Shown here piece after piece: positions 46,854 through 56,353 of a stretch of 64,000 nt of DNA (position 1 is its first letter; every line of letters starts with the position of its first letter). The notes below the pieces were generated by a model. It was not told where the DNA came from. It did not search any database and was given only the letters and a program-made list of their open reading frames with translations. Made by a program: the position numbers and the translations under genes. The stretch is from IMG/VR virus record IMGVR_UViG_3300029705_006209; one strand, given 5' to 3'. This DNA comes from an uncultured virus (IMG/VR IMGVR_UViG_3300029705_006209) (lineage: Duplodnaviria > Heunggongvirae > Uroviricota > Caudoviricetes).

Positions 46854-48459
46854 TCCTCTGCACTTTCATCCATTCTTTCAAGTATTTGAAAGGATACGGA
46901 TATTTTGTAAATCTGTTGCCCGCATTTATATAAGTGACACATACATACGGAAGCAGCCACTCATAACTTTCAGGCGCTTTATACTCTATAAGTTCAATTA
47001 TCTTGTCGGCCTTTGCTATCTTTGGTTGCATTCCACTGCCTATTATTGAAGAGTAATAAAACTTGCGTCCTTTCTTTTCAAAAATGTGCGCATCAAGGAT
47101 GCCGCCCATAATATCGTTGCGGAATTCCTGTCCTCTGACTTTTCCCTCCTTTTCAGCGATCACGCTCCACGCTGTCTCTGATGGCAAAGGAGTCATATCT
47201 GTATCACGAAGCCCGATTACAGCACCATTTCTTAAGATGAAGAGGGATTCATTCGCAAACAAAACTTCTTCCGGAACCCATTCAGGCGGTAACAATGTAT
47301 CAAAAGAACCAAACTCAAGATATATGCCCGCCTTCTTAACGTAATGACACGTGCCCTCTTCCTTGAGAATGAAGACCGCCATATCATCGAGAGAATTCAT
47401 ATAACCAGAAAAGCTATCAATAGAGCCAGCTACATCCTGTTTTATAGCAAGCTCTGTGAGACACGCTCTGGCCAATGTCTTGAGCGTCAGCCCCCTTTTA
47501 CTGCCTCTTGCTTTTTCATATAACGGTCTTGTTAAGTGCTGGACATCAAGAGACGCCTCGTAAACATCTTCCCCTTCCTCATAACTGTCCTTCTCTTCCA
47601 CAAGCATTACCTTGCAATTGCCATTACACGGAATGCCGTACAATCCTGAGAATTCTGGAACATCTACAAGATCTGCACCAAGCTTAAAATGTTCATGAAT
47701 ATTAGCATCAAGCATGTCACGATACTTTGTCGCTCTTTCCCCCCTGAAAACAGCAACGTCTTTCAGAGAATCAAATGTGACCTTTACAAAGCCACCGAAT
47801 CGGCCATTAATCTTGTCAACGATTAGGCTGATTATTGCCACCCGCGACATGAGATAGCCTGTATCCGTTGAATCGAGGTATGCAAGCGAATCAGCCTTGT
47901 AGCCAGGAATACCCTTTCTAACGTAGCAGATCCCTTCCGCACGCTTCACCTTTTTCATTCTTCCTTTTTCGTACCTGTATATCGGAACACTTTTATGGTA
48001 ATCCGGGTCATATCTGACAAAGCGCGTCGAATGTACGGTCAGAACGTTGTCTCTGCTGACCCATATTTCGGGGATATCTACAACATCAAGCAGTTGCTCT
48101 CCTTTATAGAATAACGCGGGAGGAATATAGTAGTTCTTGCCTGAAAGGGTCGCAAAGCCAGCATCCCTGCAGACGGCATTGATCAGAAGCTTAAGAGGAA
48201 AATCCTGAGTTGCTGATATAGTAGAAAAAGAGATGTTTTTCGCTTCCAGCCTGTCTCGGATTTCGCGCTGATTATGTTTAGACATAATATAAAGGGATAT
48301 GTTGCCTTTGGTCCCCGTCCCGCATGAAGCCTCGAAATCATCGAGATCGTCAAGTCTGTTCCATAGCGTCTTATCAGCAGACACCTTGTAGACACAGTAT
48401 TCCTTAAAGAATTCCGGAGACACTTCCACCAAAAGCCTGTTAACACGGACCTCGTTCAT
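46825..48459 (-). CDS. putative DdmE-like Argonaute-related protein
   Basis: TAATG-coupled to the helicase-nuclease. Motifs TLSGKNY, VQHLT, ELAIKQD and C-terminal YPYPFKYLKEW resemble DdmE homologues as I recall them; no search run. Confidence 0.62.
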   Translation of the reverse strand: MNEVRVNRLLVEVSPEFFKEYCVYKVSADKTLWNRLDDLDDFEASCGTGTKGNISLYIMSKHNQREIRDRLEAKNISFSTISATQDFPLKLLINAVCRDAGFATLSGKNYYIPPALFYKGEQLLDVVDIPEIWVSRDNVLTVHSTRFVRYDPDYHKSVPIYRYEKGRMKKVKRAEGICYVRKGIPGYKADSLAYLDSTDTGYLMSRVAIISLIVDKINGRFGGFVKVTFDSLKDVAVFRGERATKYRDMLDANIHEHFKLGADLVDVPEFSGLYGIPCNGNCKVMLVEEKDSYEEGEDVYEASLDVQHLTRPLYEKARGSKRGLTLKTLARACLTELAIKQDVAGSIDSFSGYMNSLDDMAVFILKEEGTCHYVKKAGIYLEFGSFDTLLPPEWVPEEVLFANESLFILRNGAVIGLRDTDMTPLPSETAWSVIAEKEGKVRGQEFRNDIMGGILDAHIFEKKGRKFYYSSIIGSGMQPKIAKADKIIELIEYKAPESYEWLLPYVCVTYINAGNRFTKYPYPFKYLKEWMKVQRSGDFYEKRN

Positions 48460-51400
48460 TATCTCTCCCCCTCTTCATCTGTATATCCATAATTTGCAAT
48501 AGCATCCGGGTGCTCGCCTATGAATTCCGCGATTCGAACGAGCCTTTCATGAAGCACGATACCTTCTCTGGTTACAAGACCGCGCACAAAAAGTACTGGC
48601 CTTTCCCAGTCGTGTCCTTCCCTCAGCAAGTCACCCCTAATAGCCTTTGTCTCGCAGCCTCTGCGATCCCCGTCATCGATCATGTTGACGTAAATGGCGG
48701 CAGAAGCGTCCGTTCTGTCGAGTTTGAATGCTATATTGCGAAGATGCTTATCGGCATTGTATCCTGCCGGAGCAGCACCTGCAGGATATGCTTCCGGCGT
48801 AAGGTTCTTGGCATCAATCGGCATGTGATCACAGACAAAGTCGTACATTTCATAGATGTTTTCATTTCTGATAGATTCAATGCTGCAATTCGCAAGGAGA
48901 GCCTTAAGAGCCTCTTCTCCGAGCGCGCCCATATATATGTTAATCATAAGGCCCGGCGACATCACATATTCCCCTTCACCCCACTCTGTTTCATAGCCAT
49001 GTTTCTCAAAATAGCTACGGATTTGCGGAACGAGCATAAGCGTATCAAGATTAGTCGCCTCTGACGAAATCCGTCTGAATCCCTTCTTTTCAGAAAGTCT
49101 TATTTCTATGTTGCTCAGGTCAAATCTGTAATAAGCGTTATCGGTTTTAAGATAAAACGGCTTTATCCAAGAAAACTCGCCTTCAAAATCAGCTTCCTTC
49201 GCTATTGGATGCATGAGAACAAACAGGCGAAGGGCCTCATATCTGATAATCTTCTTCAGGTACCAGATATTGCCTGTTCCGATCTCCCCATAGTCGCGGT
49301 TGATGTGATTAAGCACCTCGGTAGCACGGTTACTGAGGTATATCTCCGTCCTGTCGTTTGCCGATCCGATACTGGTCGCCCGCGCCGCTATATCTTCAAG
49401 GAGCATTCTCGTATGAGGGTTGATGTTTTTCTTGCGCAAAAGATACTGTGATACGTAATCTGAACAAAGACGGTCTGCCAGGTCCTCATCATAAAGGTAA
49501 AAAACCTTCGGTCTTTTGTATGGTGAGCGCTCCCCTCGACCTGTAAGCTGTATGAGAATGGAAAGAACAGCAGCCTGATAAGAAGGCCACTTCTTCTGTT
49601 CTGCCGCAGATATGAAGCCACGGCTCATGCATTGATATATCAAGTCTCCTCGCTGAGAGTTGCTGATCTCGCCTTTCTGATAAAGCTCTTCAATTATGTA
49701 AAGCTGCTCTACAAGCACCTCCATCTTAAAGTCCTTCTTCAGATCCTGTGATGGAAATGTGTTTGTTATGTCTGGGAGATACATAAAGTCGATATCAACC
49801 TTTACCTGCCCCGGATATGTCCGTTTTTCATCCGCAACTTGCACGTATCTTCCTTCACTCATGTCAAGCGGGTAATTGAGATTCTGCCCTGTTCCTGCGC
49901 CCTGCGAAGTAGCAAAGAGGAATACCCTTTCCCCTTTTGACAGAAGCGACATTATCTCAGACCATATGGTCTCGAGCGTCTCGGCATTGGCAAACAGAAT
50001 ATTCACGGATGGGTCGATTGCATGAAGTATATCCAGGAACAAGACCTGGCGCGCATCACTCCCATCACTTAGTTTTTTCCCGTAGTCTTTTTGCGTAAGA
50101 GCAAAGCCCATCGTCTGTTTGTTTTCGGAATAAACGCTGAACGCTTGCACAATTTTAAGAAGCCTTTTGTTCTCATATTTAGGGTCCTTATCCTTGTCTG
50201 TAAACATCTCAGCAAGTCTGTTGCATCCGATAATAATATCCTCCGGAAGCTGGGACAGAGCGGACCCTAACGTAACCGCGAACGTCTGGAAATCAACACT
50301 CTCGATATTTTTGAAGCGCCCAAGCTGCACCTCATTGATCAGATCTTCATCCTCATCATCGGGAAGACAGACCGGGATGTTACAGCTCCTGATCCAGTCG
50401 TAATTATAATTGCCTATCACGCTATCCAGATCGGCAGTAGCGGACAGACCGATCACCAGACATTTATCCGCAATGGTCGCCAAAATCTCCTCCGGCGTTA
50501 TGTCTATATTTAAGGTGTCTATCGTATTCCTTTCAGAATCCCAATCCTTCAAACTCGGAATCGAAATGCTCATCCCGTTTGAATATATGGAGCTTACAGC
50601 AGGCATAATACCCCGCTCTACGGAACCCTTTTTGATTAATCTATCCGAGATGTAGTCGAATTCACTGCCGTTTTCTATGTTCAGCATATGAAGGTATGAT
50701 GCTATATTGCTCCTCTCATACGCGCTGTCATACGGGTGATTCCTTTTAAGCTTTAGAGGCTCCAGAAAATACGGAGCGCTGCTGATAAAATGTGTAATAT
50801 ATCCGGACAGCCCAGATGATGCATCTTTGAGCCATGTCCAGGCTTTCTCCTTGAGTTCATCACTGTCTTTCGCTCTTTTAAATTCCTCATTCGTTATGAG
50901 ATCAATAAAAGTTGAAGCGCCCCGGCTTTCAAAAGTAAGATTATCGTTAGTAAATCTGTTATACGGCACCTCCATTATTATGTGCCTTTTAGAAGAAACG
51001 GAATCGAGACACTTCTGAGAAAACTCTCTGAGAGTAGTCAATTCCCCAAATCTCTTCTCGTAACTCTCAAGAAGCTTGCGGGATGTCTCAAGGCGTTCAA
51101 GCATTTTCCTTTTCTTTTCCGGATCACGCTCTTTATCAATAACCGCTTGAAGCCGCTCTTTTGTAAAGTTTAATTTGATAAGAAGAGCAACTTTGAAATT
51201 ATTGTGCACTTGAGTTGTGAGAAGTTGGTCTCTGCAAGAAACTTTTGATTGGTCGATTTCATCAATAACAACAATTCCGCCTAATGAACGGATATGGTTA
51301 TAGAGATACGATGAATCGCCCATCATGTTGTCGCATTGCGAATTCTTCTTCGCTTCTGTTGCAAACACAATCGGATAGCGACCAAGTCGTGTCTTATTTA

Positions 51401-52127
51401 TGTTGATAAACGGATATACATCTGCTACCCATTTGTTGTCTGAGATAAACGCGTCTATTATCTCCTGCGAGTAACCGCCGTTTATCTTTTTCGTGCCGTT
51501 CTCAGAATAATTCTTCGCGTATTCTCGGAGTTCGTTCTTTACGAACAGGCGCATTTCACGCTCGGCGTCATACACTGCTTTTGTACGGAAATCCGCTTCT
51601 TCCGGATATACATTTTTCTTATATTTCTCCCACTCTTTTTTAAGCTTGTTGTAATATGAATCGAACAGCTTATAATCTTTGGCTCGCAGCTTACACTCAC
51701 GAAGACTCTTCCCCATCTTCTTTGAGAGAAATGGCTCCCATGCCTCTATATAGTTTTTTAAAGGAAGCACCGATTTTTTCAGGTCATTATATTCTTTTTT
51801 TGTCAAGTCGCCGTTCTCATGCATCTTATCTGCTTCTCTAAGGAGATTATCGATAGGCTCGCTGAGATTGTTTTTTCTCGCTGTTATGAACCACACGCGC
51901 ATTCCGTTAAGCCACATTCGAATGATAGCGTGAACCACACCATGAGATTTTCCGCTGCCTGTTGGCGGCGGAACCAAAAATATTCCTTCAGTCATCCTCC
52001 CAACAGCTTTAAGTATGATTTTGGTCTGGACGTTTTCATATTCTGCGATTTCGTCATATATCAAAGGCAGAGCCATCTGAAAAGACCCATCATCTGCTGT
52101 TGATAAACCTTTCTTTCTCTTTGCCAT
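48459..52127 (-). CDS. SF2 helicase-PD-(D/E)XK nuclease fusion, DdmD-like
   Basis: PTGSGKS, VIDEID, GLSATA, GTGQNL, QLTGRGER helicase motifs; C-terminal NIYMGALGE..EMYDF..IDAKN nuclease motif; 1222 aa. Confidence 0.78.
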   Translation of the reverse strand: MAKRKKGLSTADDGSFQMALPLIYDEIAEYENVQTKIILKAVGRMTEGIFLVPPPTGSGKSHGVVHAIIRMWLNGMRVWFITARKNNLSEPIDNLLREADKMHENGDLTKKEYNDLKKSVLPLKNYIEAWEPFLSKKMGKSLRECKLRAKDYKLFDSYYNKLKKEWEKYKKNVYPEEADFRTKAVYDAEREMRLFVKNELREYAKNYSENGTKKINGGYSQEIIDAFISDNKWVADVYPFININKTRLGRYPIVFATEAKKNSQCDNMMGDSSYLYNHIRSLGGIVVIDEIDQSKVSCRDQLLTTQVHNNFKVALLIKLNFTKERLQAVIDKERDPEKKRKMLERLETSRKLLESYEKRFGELTTLREFSQKCLDSVSSKRHIIMEVPYNRFTNDNLTFESRGASTFIDLITNEEFKRAKDSDELKEKAWTWLKDASSGLSGYITHFISSAPYFLEPLKLKRNHPYDSAYERSNIASYLHMLNIENGSEFDYISDRLIKKGSVERGIMPAVSSIYSNGMSISIPSLKDWDSERNTIDTLNIDITPEEILATIADKCLVIGLSATADLDSVIGNYNYDWIRSCNIPVCLPDDEDEDLINEVQLGRFKNIESVDFQTFAVTLGSALSQLPEDIIIGCNRLAEMFTDKDKDPKYENKRLLKIVQAFSVYSENKQTMGFALTQKDYGKKLSDGSDARQVLFLDILHAIDPSVNILFANAETLETIWSEIMSLLSKGERVFLFATSQGAGTGQNLNYPLDMSEGRYVQVADEKRTYPGQVKVDIDFMYLPDITNTFPSQDLKKDFKMEVLVEQLYIIEELYQKGEISNSQRGDLIYQCMSRGFISAAEQKKWPSYQAAVLSILIQLTGRGERSPYKRPKVFYLYDEDLADRLCSDYVSQYLLRKKNINPHTRMLLEDIAARATSIGSANDRTEIYLSNRATEVLNHINRDYGEIGTGNIWYLKKIIRYEALRLFVLMHPIAKEADFEGEFSWIKPFYLKTDNAYYRFDLSNIEIRLSEKKGFRRISSEATNLDTLMLVPQIRSYFEKHGYETEWGEGEYVMSPGLMINIYMGALGEEALKALLANCSIESIRNENIYEMYDFVCDHMPIDAKNLTPEAYPAGAAPAGYNADKHLRNIAFKLDRTDASAAIYVNMIDDGDRRGCETKAIRGDLLREGHDWERPVLFVRGLVTREGIVLHERLVRIAEFIGEHPDAIANYGYTDEEGER

Positions 52128-52236
52128 TTTGAAGCGCTGCTCCTTTCTTGTGATTCATTTCTGCTCTTTGCACTTCTCTTAAATCTCGAAATTAAGACTT
52201 AGCCTATATATTTCCTATTGATTGATTTCGCGCAAA

Positions 52237-53052
52237 TTATTGGCGTCTGCTTTTCTTTACGTATGAAAATCCCTCATACGGCATTCCGTTAGCTCTTTGA
52301 TCAGCGAAGATATCTGAATCATCCATAACCTTTACTCCGCCAAGAATCAATCGGTCATCTACAATTTCGCCCATGTCGATGCCCTTTTCGCGAGCTCTTT
52401 TCTGGCGGTTTTTGTCTTTTTCGTCAACAGCCGTATTTTGGGTGAATGGGTTCAGATACTCTATGCCCTGGTTCCGTAAGTCTCTTATTATTTCCCGCTG
52501 GTCCTCCATGCTCCGGTCATTAAAATAATGTTTGAATACATGGTTTACATAATTGCCATTGCGTATACGTATATCCGTAGCAAAGAACTGAATGCCGACA
52601 ACAACAACCGTATTGGAAATAGTCATGGCGTCTGTATACGGGTGTCCGTCATGCCTAACAACAGATATTTCAGGATCGATTCTGAAAAGGTCGCGATATA
52701 TGCCGTCGACCCAATGTCCGGGGCCGATGTTGTGAATCTCGAGTATTTCAGGAATTGGAGCTTCCTGTTGGAGACACCGGAAATGTCCATCTCTGGACAT
52801 TTTTACAAATGCATGCTCTTTTGATACTACGATTGCCTTCCGGTAAGACTGTGCATTTACTGCATACCAGTTGTTGTGGAAAAGCACATACGCCCATTTT
52901 TCTGGCTGCGGCACAACCGCCTTACACTCTTCCAGAGTTGGATAGCCGTCATCAAAAATATAATTGGCCACAAAATCCGTTCTCTTAACGAGTCCCCTTG
53001 CGGGATTCCTGACATCGTTCCAGATCACAGCCCGGCATCTGCATCCAAACAT
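52237..53052 (-). CDS. hypothetical protein
   Basis: GGAGGAG RBS; lies between the PIN gene and the ddmD-like gene. Confidence 0.7.
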   Translation of the reverse strand: MFGCRCRAVIWNDVRNPARGLVKRTDFVANYIFDDGYPTLEECKAVVPQPEKWAYVLFHNNWYAVNAQSYRKAIVVSKEHAFVKMSRDGHFRCLQQEAPIPEILEIHNIGPGHWVDGIYRDLFRIDPEISVVRHDGHPYTDAMTISNTVVVVGIQFFATDIRIRNGNYVNHVFKHYFNDRSMEDQREIIRDLRNQGIEYLNPFTQNTAVDEKDKNRQKRAREKGIDMGEIVDDRLILGGVKVMDDSDIFADQRANGMPYEGFSYVKKSRRQ

Positions 53053-53061
53053 TTTCTCCTC

Positions 53062-53607
53062 CTATTTCATAAACCTCTTCATCAATCTGACCGCCAACGG
53101 TGTACGTTCAGCTCTGATCTTTTCCGAAAAGAGCTGTTCGATCTGCTCATATATTTCTCTGCCGGCTTCTTCTCCGAAAGCCTGCTCAAAGTACAGTTTA
53201 AGAACATCAAGCCCGCAATCTCCTGAAAAACCGTGCCTTACGAGCGCATCGATCATAGATGTTTCAACATAAACGTCGCACAAAGGGAATCTCTGCTGGA
53301 GCTGCTTCCCGAATACTTCAAAGTGCTTGTCGGAGCTAATAAGGATTATCGCCTGCTTCTCACGCGCCTTAGCCTTGACCGCAGCATCCATAGCGATCGC
53401 GAAGTCCACTGCGTTATCTCCCTGCTGCACAAGATGGAACTTAACAGGCGCTCCGCTTCTGTGCTCGAGCTCTTCGCGGTTTTCCGGGCGTCTGTAGTAT
53501 TTGTCAGCAGAGCTGTAAAATACGTGTATCTGGTCGCTCTTTGTGAGCGCTTCAGCCCCAGTCGTTCGTGTTCCGTGGGTGTTATCACCGTCGATATATA
53601 TGAGCAT
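53062..53607 (-). CDS. PIN/NYN-domain protein
   Basis: IYIDGDN, NAVDFAI and ISSDKHF acidic active-site pattern. Confidence 0.8.
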   Translation of the reverse strand: MLIYIDGDNTHGTRTTGAEALTKSDQIHVFYSSADKYYRRPENREELEHRSGAPVKFHLVQQGDNAVDFAIAMDAAVKAKAREKQAIILISSDKHFEVFGKQLQQRFPLCDVYVETSMIDALVRHGFSGDCGLDVLKLYFEQAFGEEAGREIYEQIEQLFSEKIRAERTPLAVRLMKRFMK

Positions 53608-53743
53608 TTTGGTTTCCTTTCTTGAAGCAACAGGCGGCACAGGTGGTGAATACTTATGAAGATTGTTGCCTTTTGCTCTGCAAATCGATAACGTGTGATT
53701 GCGTGCCGCCTGCTGTCAGCATGTTTATTGCCGACTTTCGCAT

Positions 53744-53880
53744 ACAAAAAGCCCGCCGCCAATCCAAAACCGGATTGACACGCGGGCTCGCAACACCTTA
53801 AAATAATAATTGCGATGAAGAGGGTGCTTAGAGCCCGCTTCGTCCGGCTGTCACTTGCGCCAACAGGTGGCAGCCTTTTT
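53744..53880. promoter_or_regulatory. structured leader/attenuator with embedded antisense promoter, copy B
   Basis: Homologous to 36875-37013, with compensatory changes. Confidence 0.7.
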
Positions 53881-54056
53881 ATATTTTCATTGCGTGTATA
53901 TGTTAGCACAAAACCGTTGAAAAATCAAGGTTTTGGCGTCAACGCTCAGGTCAGTGTAGCCCCAACCAGGCCCATCTAAGTCGATCCCAGTCCATACCTG
54001 AAAAAATAATTTTCTGGAATTTCGAGCAACACCCGCCTAACTGGCGTACTTTAAAA

Positions 54057-55007
54057 TCACTTCTCCGTTTTCGCGTTGGTTCTTGCCGCCCACCTGGCGT
54101 TCATTTCTTCTTCCTCGCCTGCTTTCAGTCTCTGCTGCTCTTCGATGAAGTGCATAAAGTCTGGTGTATGAGGACATACCCCCACGACTTCCATACAGTA
54201 TGAAACGCCCCTGAGAACCCCTATCTCGTTTGCCAGATGAATAGGCACGCCCCCCTCATTCTCGAAGAATTCACAGTTTCTGAGTGTGCGAGCAAAGATA
54301 CCTGTTATGGTAGTATCAGCCGAGGACAGCGATGTACCAAAGGAAACTGGTTCCGCATCCTCTGAATCATAGTCCGAAGGCTCCTCGCCTATCAGCTCAT
54401 CTATTCCGTATTCGTAAAGAAGAGAGTTGAAATCGGATGCGCAATACTCAAGGGCCTCATCCCATCTGAAGTAGTTATCTTTAAGTCTCGCGATAAAATC
54501 GGTAATAAAATCTGCAAGACTCCCGGATTTCGGATCATACATCACGCCCACCTGAAAGAAAGGACTGCCATAGTGCTCAAAACCTGTGTAGAAGTCCACG
54601 GCAGTTCCTCCCTCGCCATCATCGTGCACTATTGTTCTTATAAGTGCTCTTGGGAAATCTGGAACCTGATGGTACTTCGCAAGACTCTCTATATTGCCGA
54701 CAGGAATGTACATGTCATACACCTGCCCCTTTATGAGATGAAATGGCTTGTCTTCCTCTCTCTCACGCGAGAAGGATCCCTTCTCCCCTGGTTCCCAGTC
54801 GTTTTTCTCAAACTCACTTTTTATCAGCGCCCTTTCGATCGCATCTAAGATCATCGGCATTGAATATGCCGGCGGCTGGCTTCTTCCCGTCTCCCAGTCA
54901 CGGTAAGTATTAGCCGGAATATCAAGCTTAACCGCAAACTTCTCTGCGGACAGCCCCGTTCTTTTTCTTTCTTTTTTCAGCTGTTCACTGAAAGTAATTT
55001 CAGACAT
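54057..55007 (-). CDS. XRE-HTH protein with unknown C-terminal domains
   Basis: FSEQLKKERKRTGLS..TYRDWETGRSQP; AAGGAGG RBS. Confidence 0.8.
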   Translation of the reverse strand: MSEITFSEQLKKERKRTGLSAEKFAVKLDIPANTYRDWETGRSQPPAYSMPMILDAIERALIKSEFEKNDWEPGEKGSFSREREEDKPFHLIKGQVYDMYIPVGNIESLAKYHQVPDFPRALIRTIVHDDGEGGTAVDFYTGFEHYGSPFFQVGVMYDPKSGSLADFITDFIARLKDNYFRWDEALEYCASDFNSLLYEYGIDELIGEEPSDYDSEDAEPVSFGTSLSSADTTITGIFARTLRNCEFFENEGGVPIHLANEIGVLRGVSYCMEVVGVCPHTPDFMHFIEEQQRLKAGEEEEMNARWAARTNAKTEK

Positions 55008-55215
55008 TTTCTCCTCCTTTTTGGCATAGTAAACTTCTCTCTTATAATATACACCGAATAACACATAAAATCAATATACATTACACCGAAAACCGTGGTA
55101 TGGACGGCTGCAGTATCTTTATTTTAACCACCCACACGTCACATCTGACGTCTTTACTACCCAGAAAATTCGTGTTATTGTTTGCTTATCCACATTAACA
55201 GAAAGGAAAACTCTA

Positions 55216-56280
55216 ATGCTATCCAAAGAAGACGACAAGATCATAAATACTTATGTTGATCCTGATAAATTCGACATCGAAGCTCTCCGAAGATATGTAA
55301 GCAGGCACGAGAATATCGAAGGAGATGTCTTTGCTGAATGCTGTCCTTCGGAGGCTGATGCAAACCCTTATCACTGGCCGGCATGCCTGCCGCTGAACAA
55401 TGAGTATCTGCCCGTCGACAGAGCTACCTTCATCCGCAGGATACCTTTCTACTTTTACACTCACCCCGAATACAATGTCTGGGGAAGTCTGTCATGGACT
55501 CTTTCATCGATAAAAAGCGAGCTTCTTGACCCGGCTGCAAGCCTTGCAGAAAAAACATCTCTGCTTGAAAAGGTTTATGGCGAACTTGAATTCATGTTCT
55601 ATGACAAGGGTTTCTCTCTTGAAGACATCTTCTCATATATCCCGAGCCAGTACGGTGTTGTAAGCGGCCCCTTCCTCTCCTGGGCGGAATACATTCATCT
55701 TTGTGATGAGCTTGGCTTGGATGACTACTTCCCTGAATCATTCATCTCATCATATAACCGGGCACTGGAAGCAGTAGGAAAAAGCCCTGTCATATATAAG
55801 ATAAATCCGGTGCTTACTTACTCATCAGAGTGCTTTTACCGCAGGGGGAGAGTCTTTACCTTCGAAGGGACATTCCCTGTAGATGAGAATGGCGATCCGG
55901 TGATCAGATGGACGAACCTCAGGATCGAAAATGCAGAAGAAATCTCCTGCACCACAAAGCAGTCACATGACGGCTCCCTGTTTGTAACAGTTACCCCCGA
56001 GACAATGATCGAAGCATGCGACATTTACGGTGATGATGCTAACGCTGTATATGTCCTTTATGCAGGCCCGAAACACCTTGATTTTGACAACACAGCACTA
56101 AGGCGCCTCAGGAAATCAAGAGGATATACCCAGAAAGAAGTGGCTGACGCAATAGGTGCTTCCGTCAGGACATATCAGAAATGGGAAAGCGGGGTCACCA
56201 CCCCTGACAGCAGATATATGCTGAGGCTTCTTAACTGGCTCGATATATCAGATCCGGTCCTGCTTTCAAGAGTGATCTGA
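55216..56280 (+). CDS. protein with C-terminal XRE-HTH domain
   Basis: LRRLRKSRGYTQKEVA..TYQKWESG. Confidence 0.8.
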   Translation: MLSKEDDKIINTYVDPDKFDIEALRRYVSRHENIEGDVFAECCPSEADANPYHWPACLPLNNEYLPVDRATFIRRIPFYFYTHPEYNVWGSLSWTLSSIKSELLDPAASLAEKTSLLEKVYGELEFMFYDKGFSLEDIFSYIPSQYGVVSGPFLSWAEYIHLCDELGLDDYFPESFISSYNRALEAVGKSPVIYKINPVLTYSSECFYRRGRVFTFEGTFPVDENGDPVIRWTNLRIENAEEISCTTKQSHDGSLFVTVTPETMIEACDIYGDDANAVYVLYAGPKHLDFDNTALRRLRKSRGYTQKEVADAIGASVRTYQKWESGVTTPDSRYMLRLLNWLDISDPVLLSRVI

Positions 56281-56291
56281 GAACAAAAAAA

Positions 56292-56332
56292 TTCCAACAT
56301 AGTCATCATCGTGCGAAATGACTATGTTGGAA
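56292..56332. terminator. intrinsic terminator between convergent genes
   Basis: Perfect 15-bp stem TTCCAACATAGTCAT/ATGACTATGTTGGAA. Confidence 0.7.
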
Positions 56333-56353
56333 CTCAAAATGACTATATTGAAC

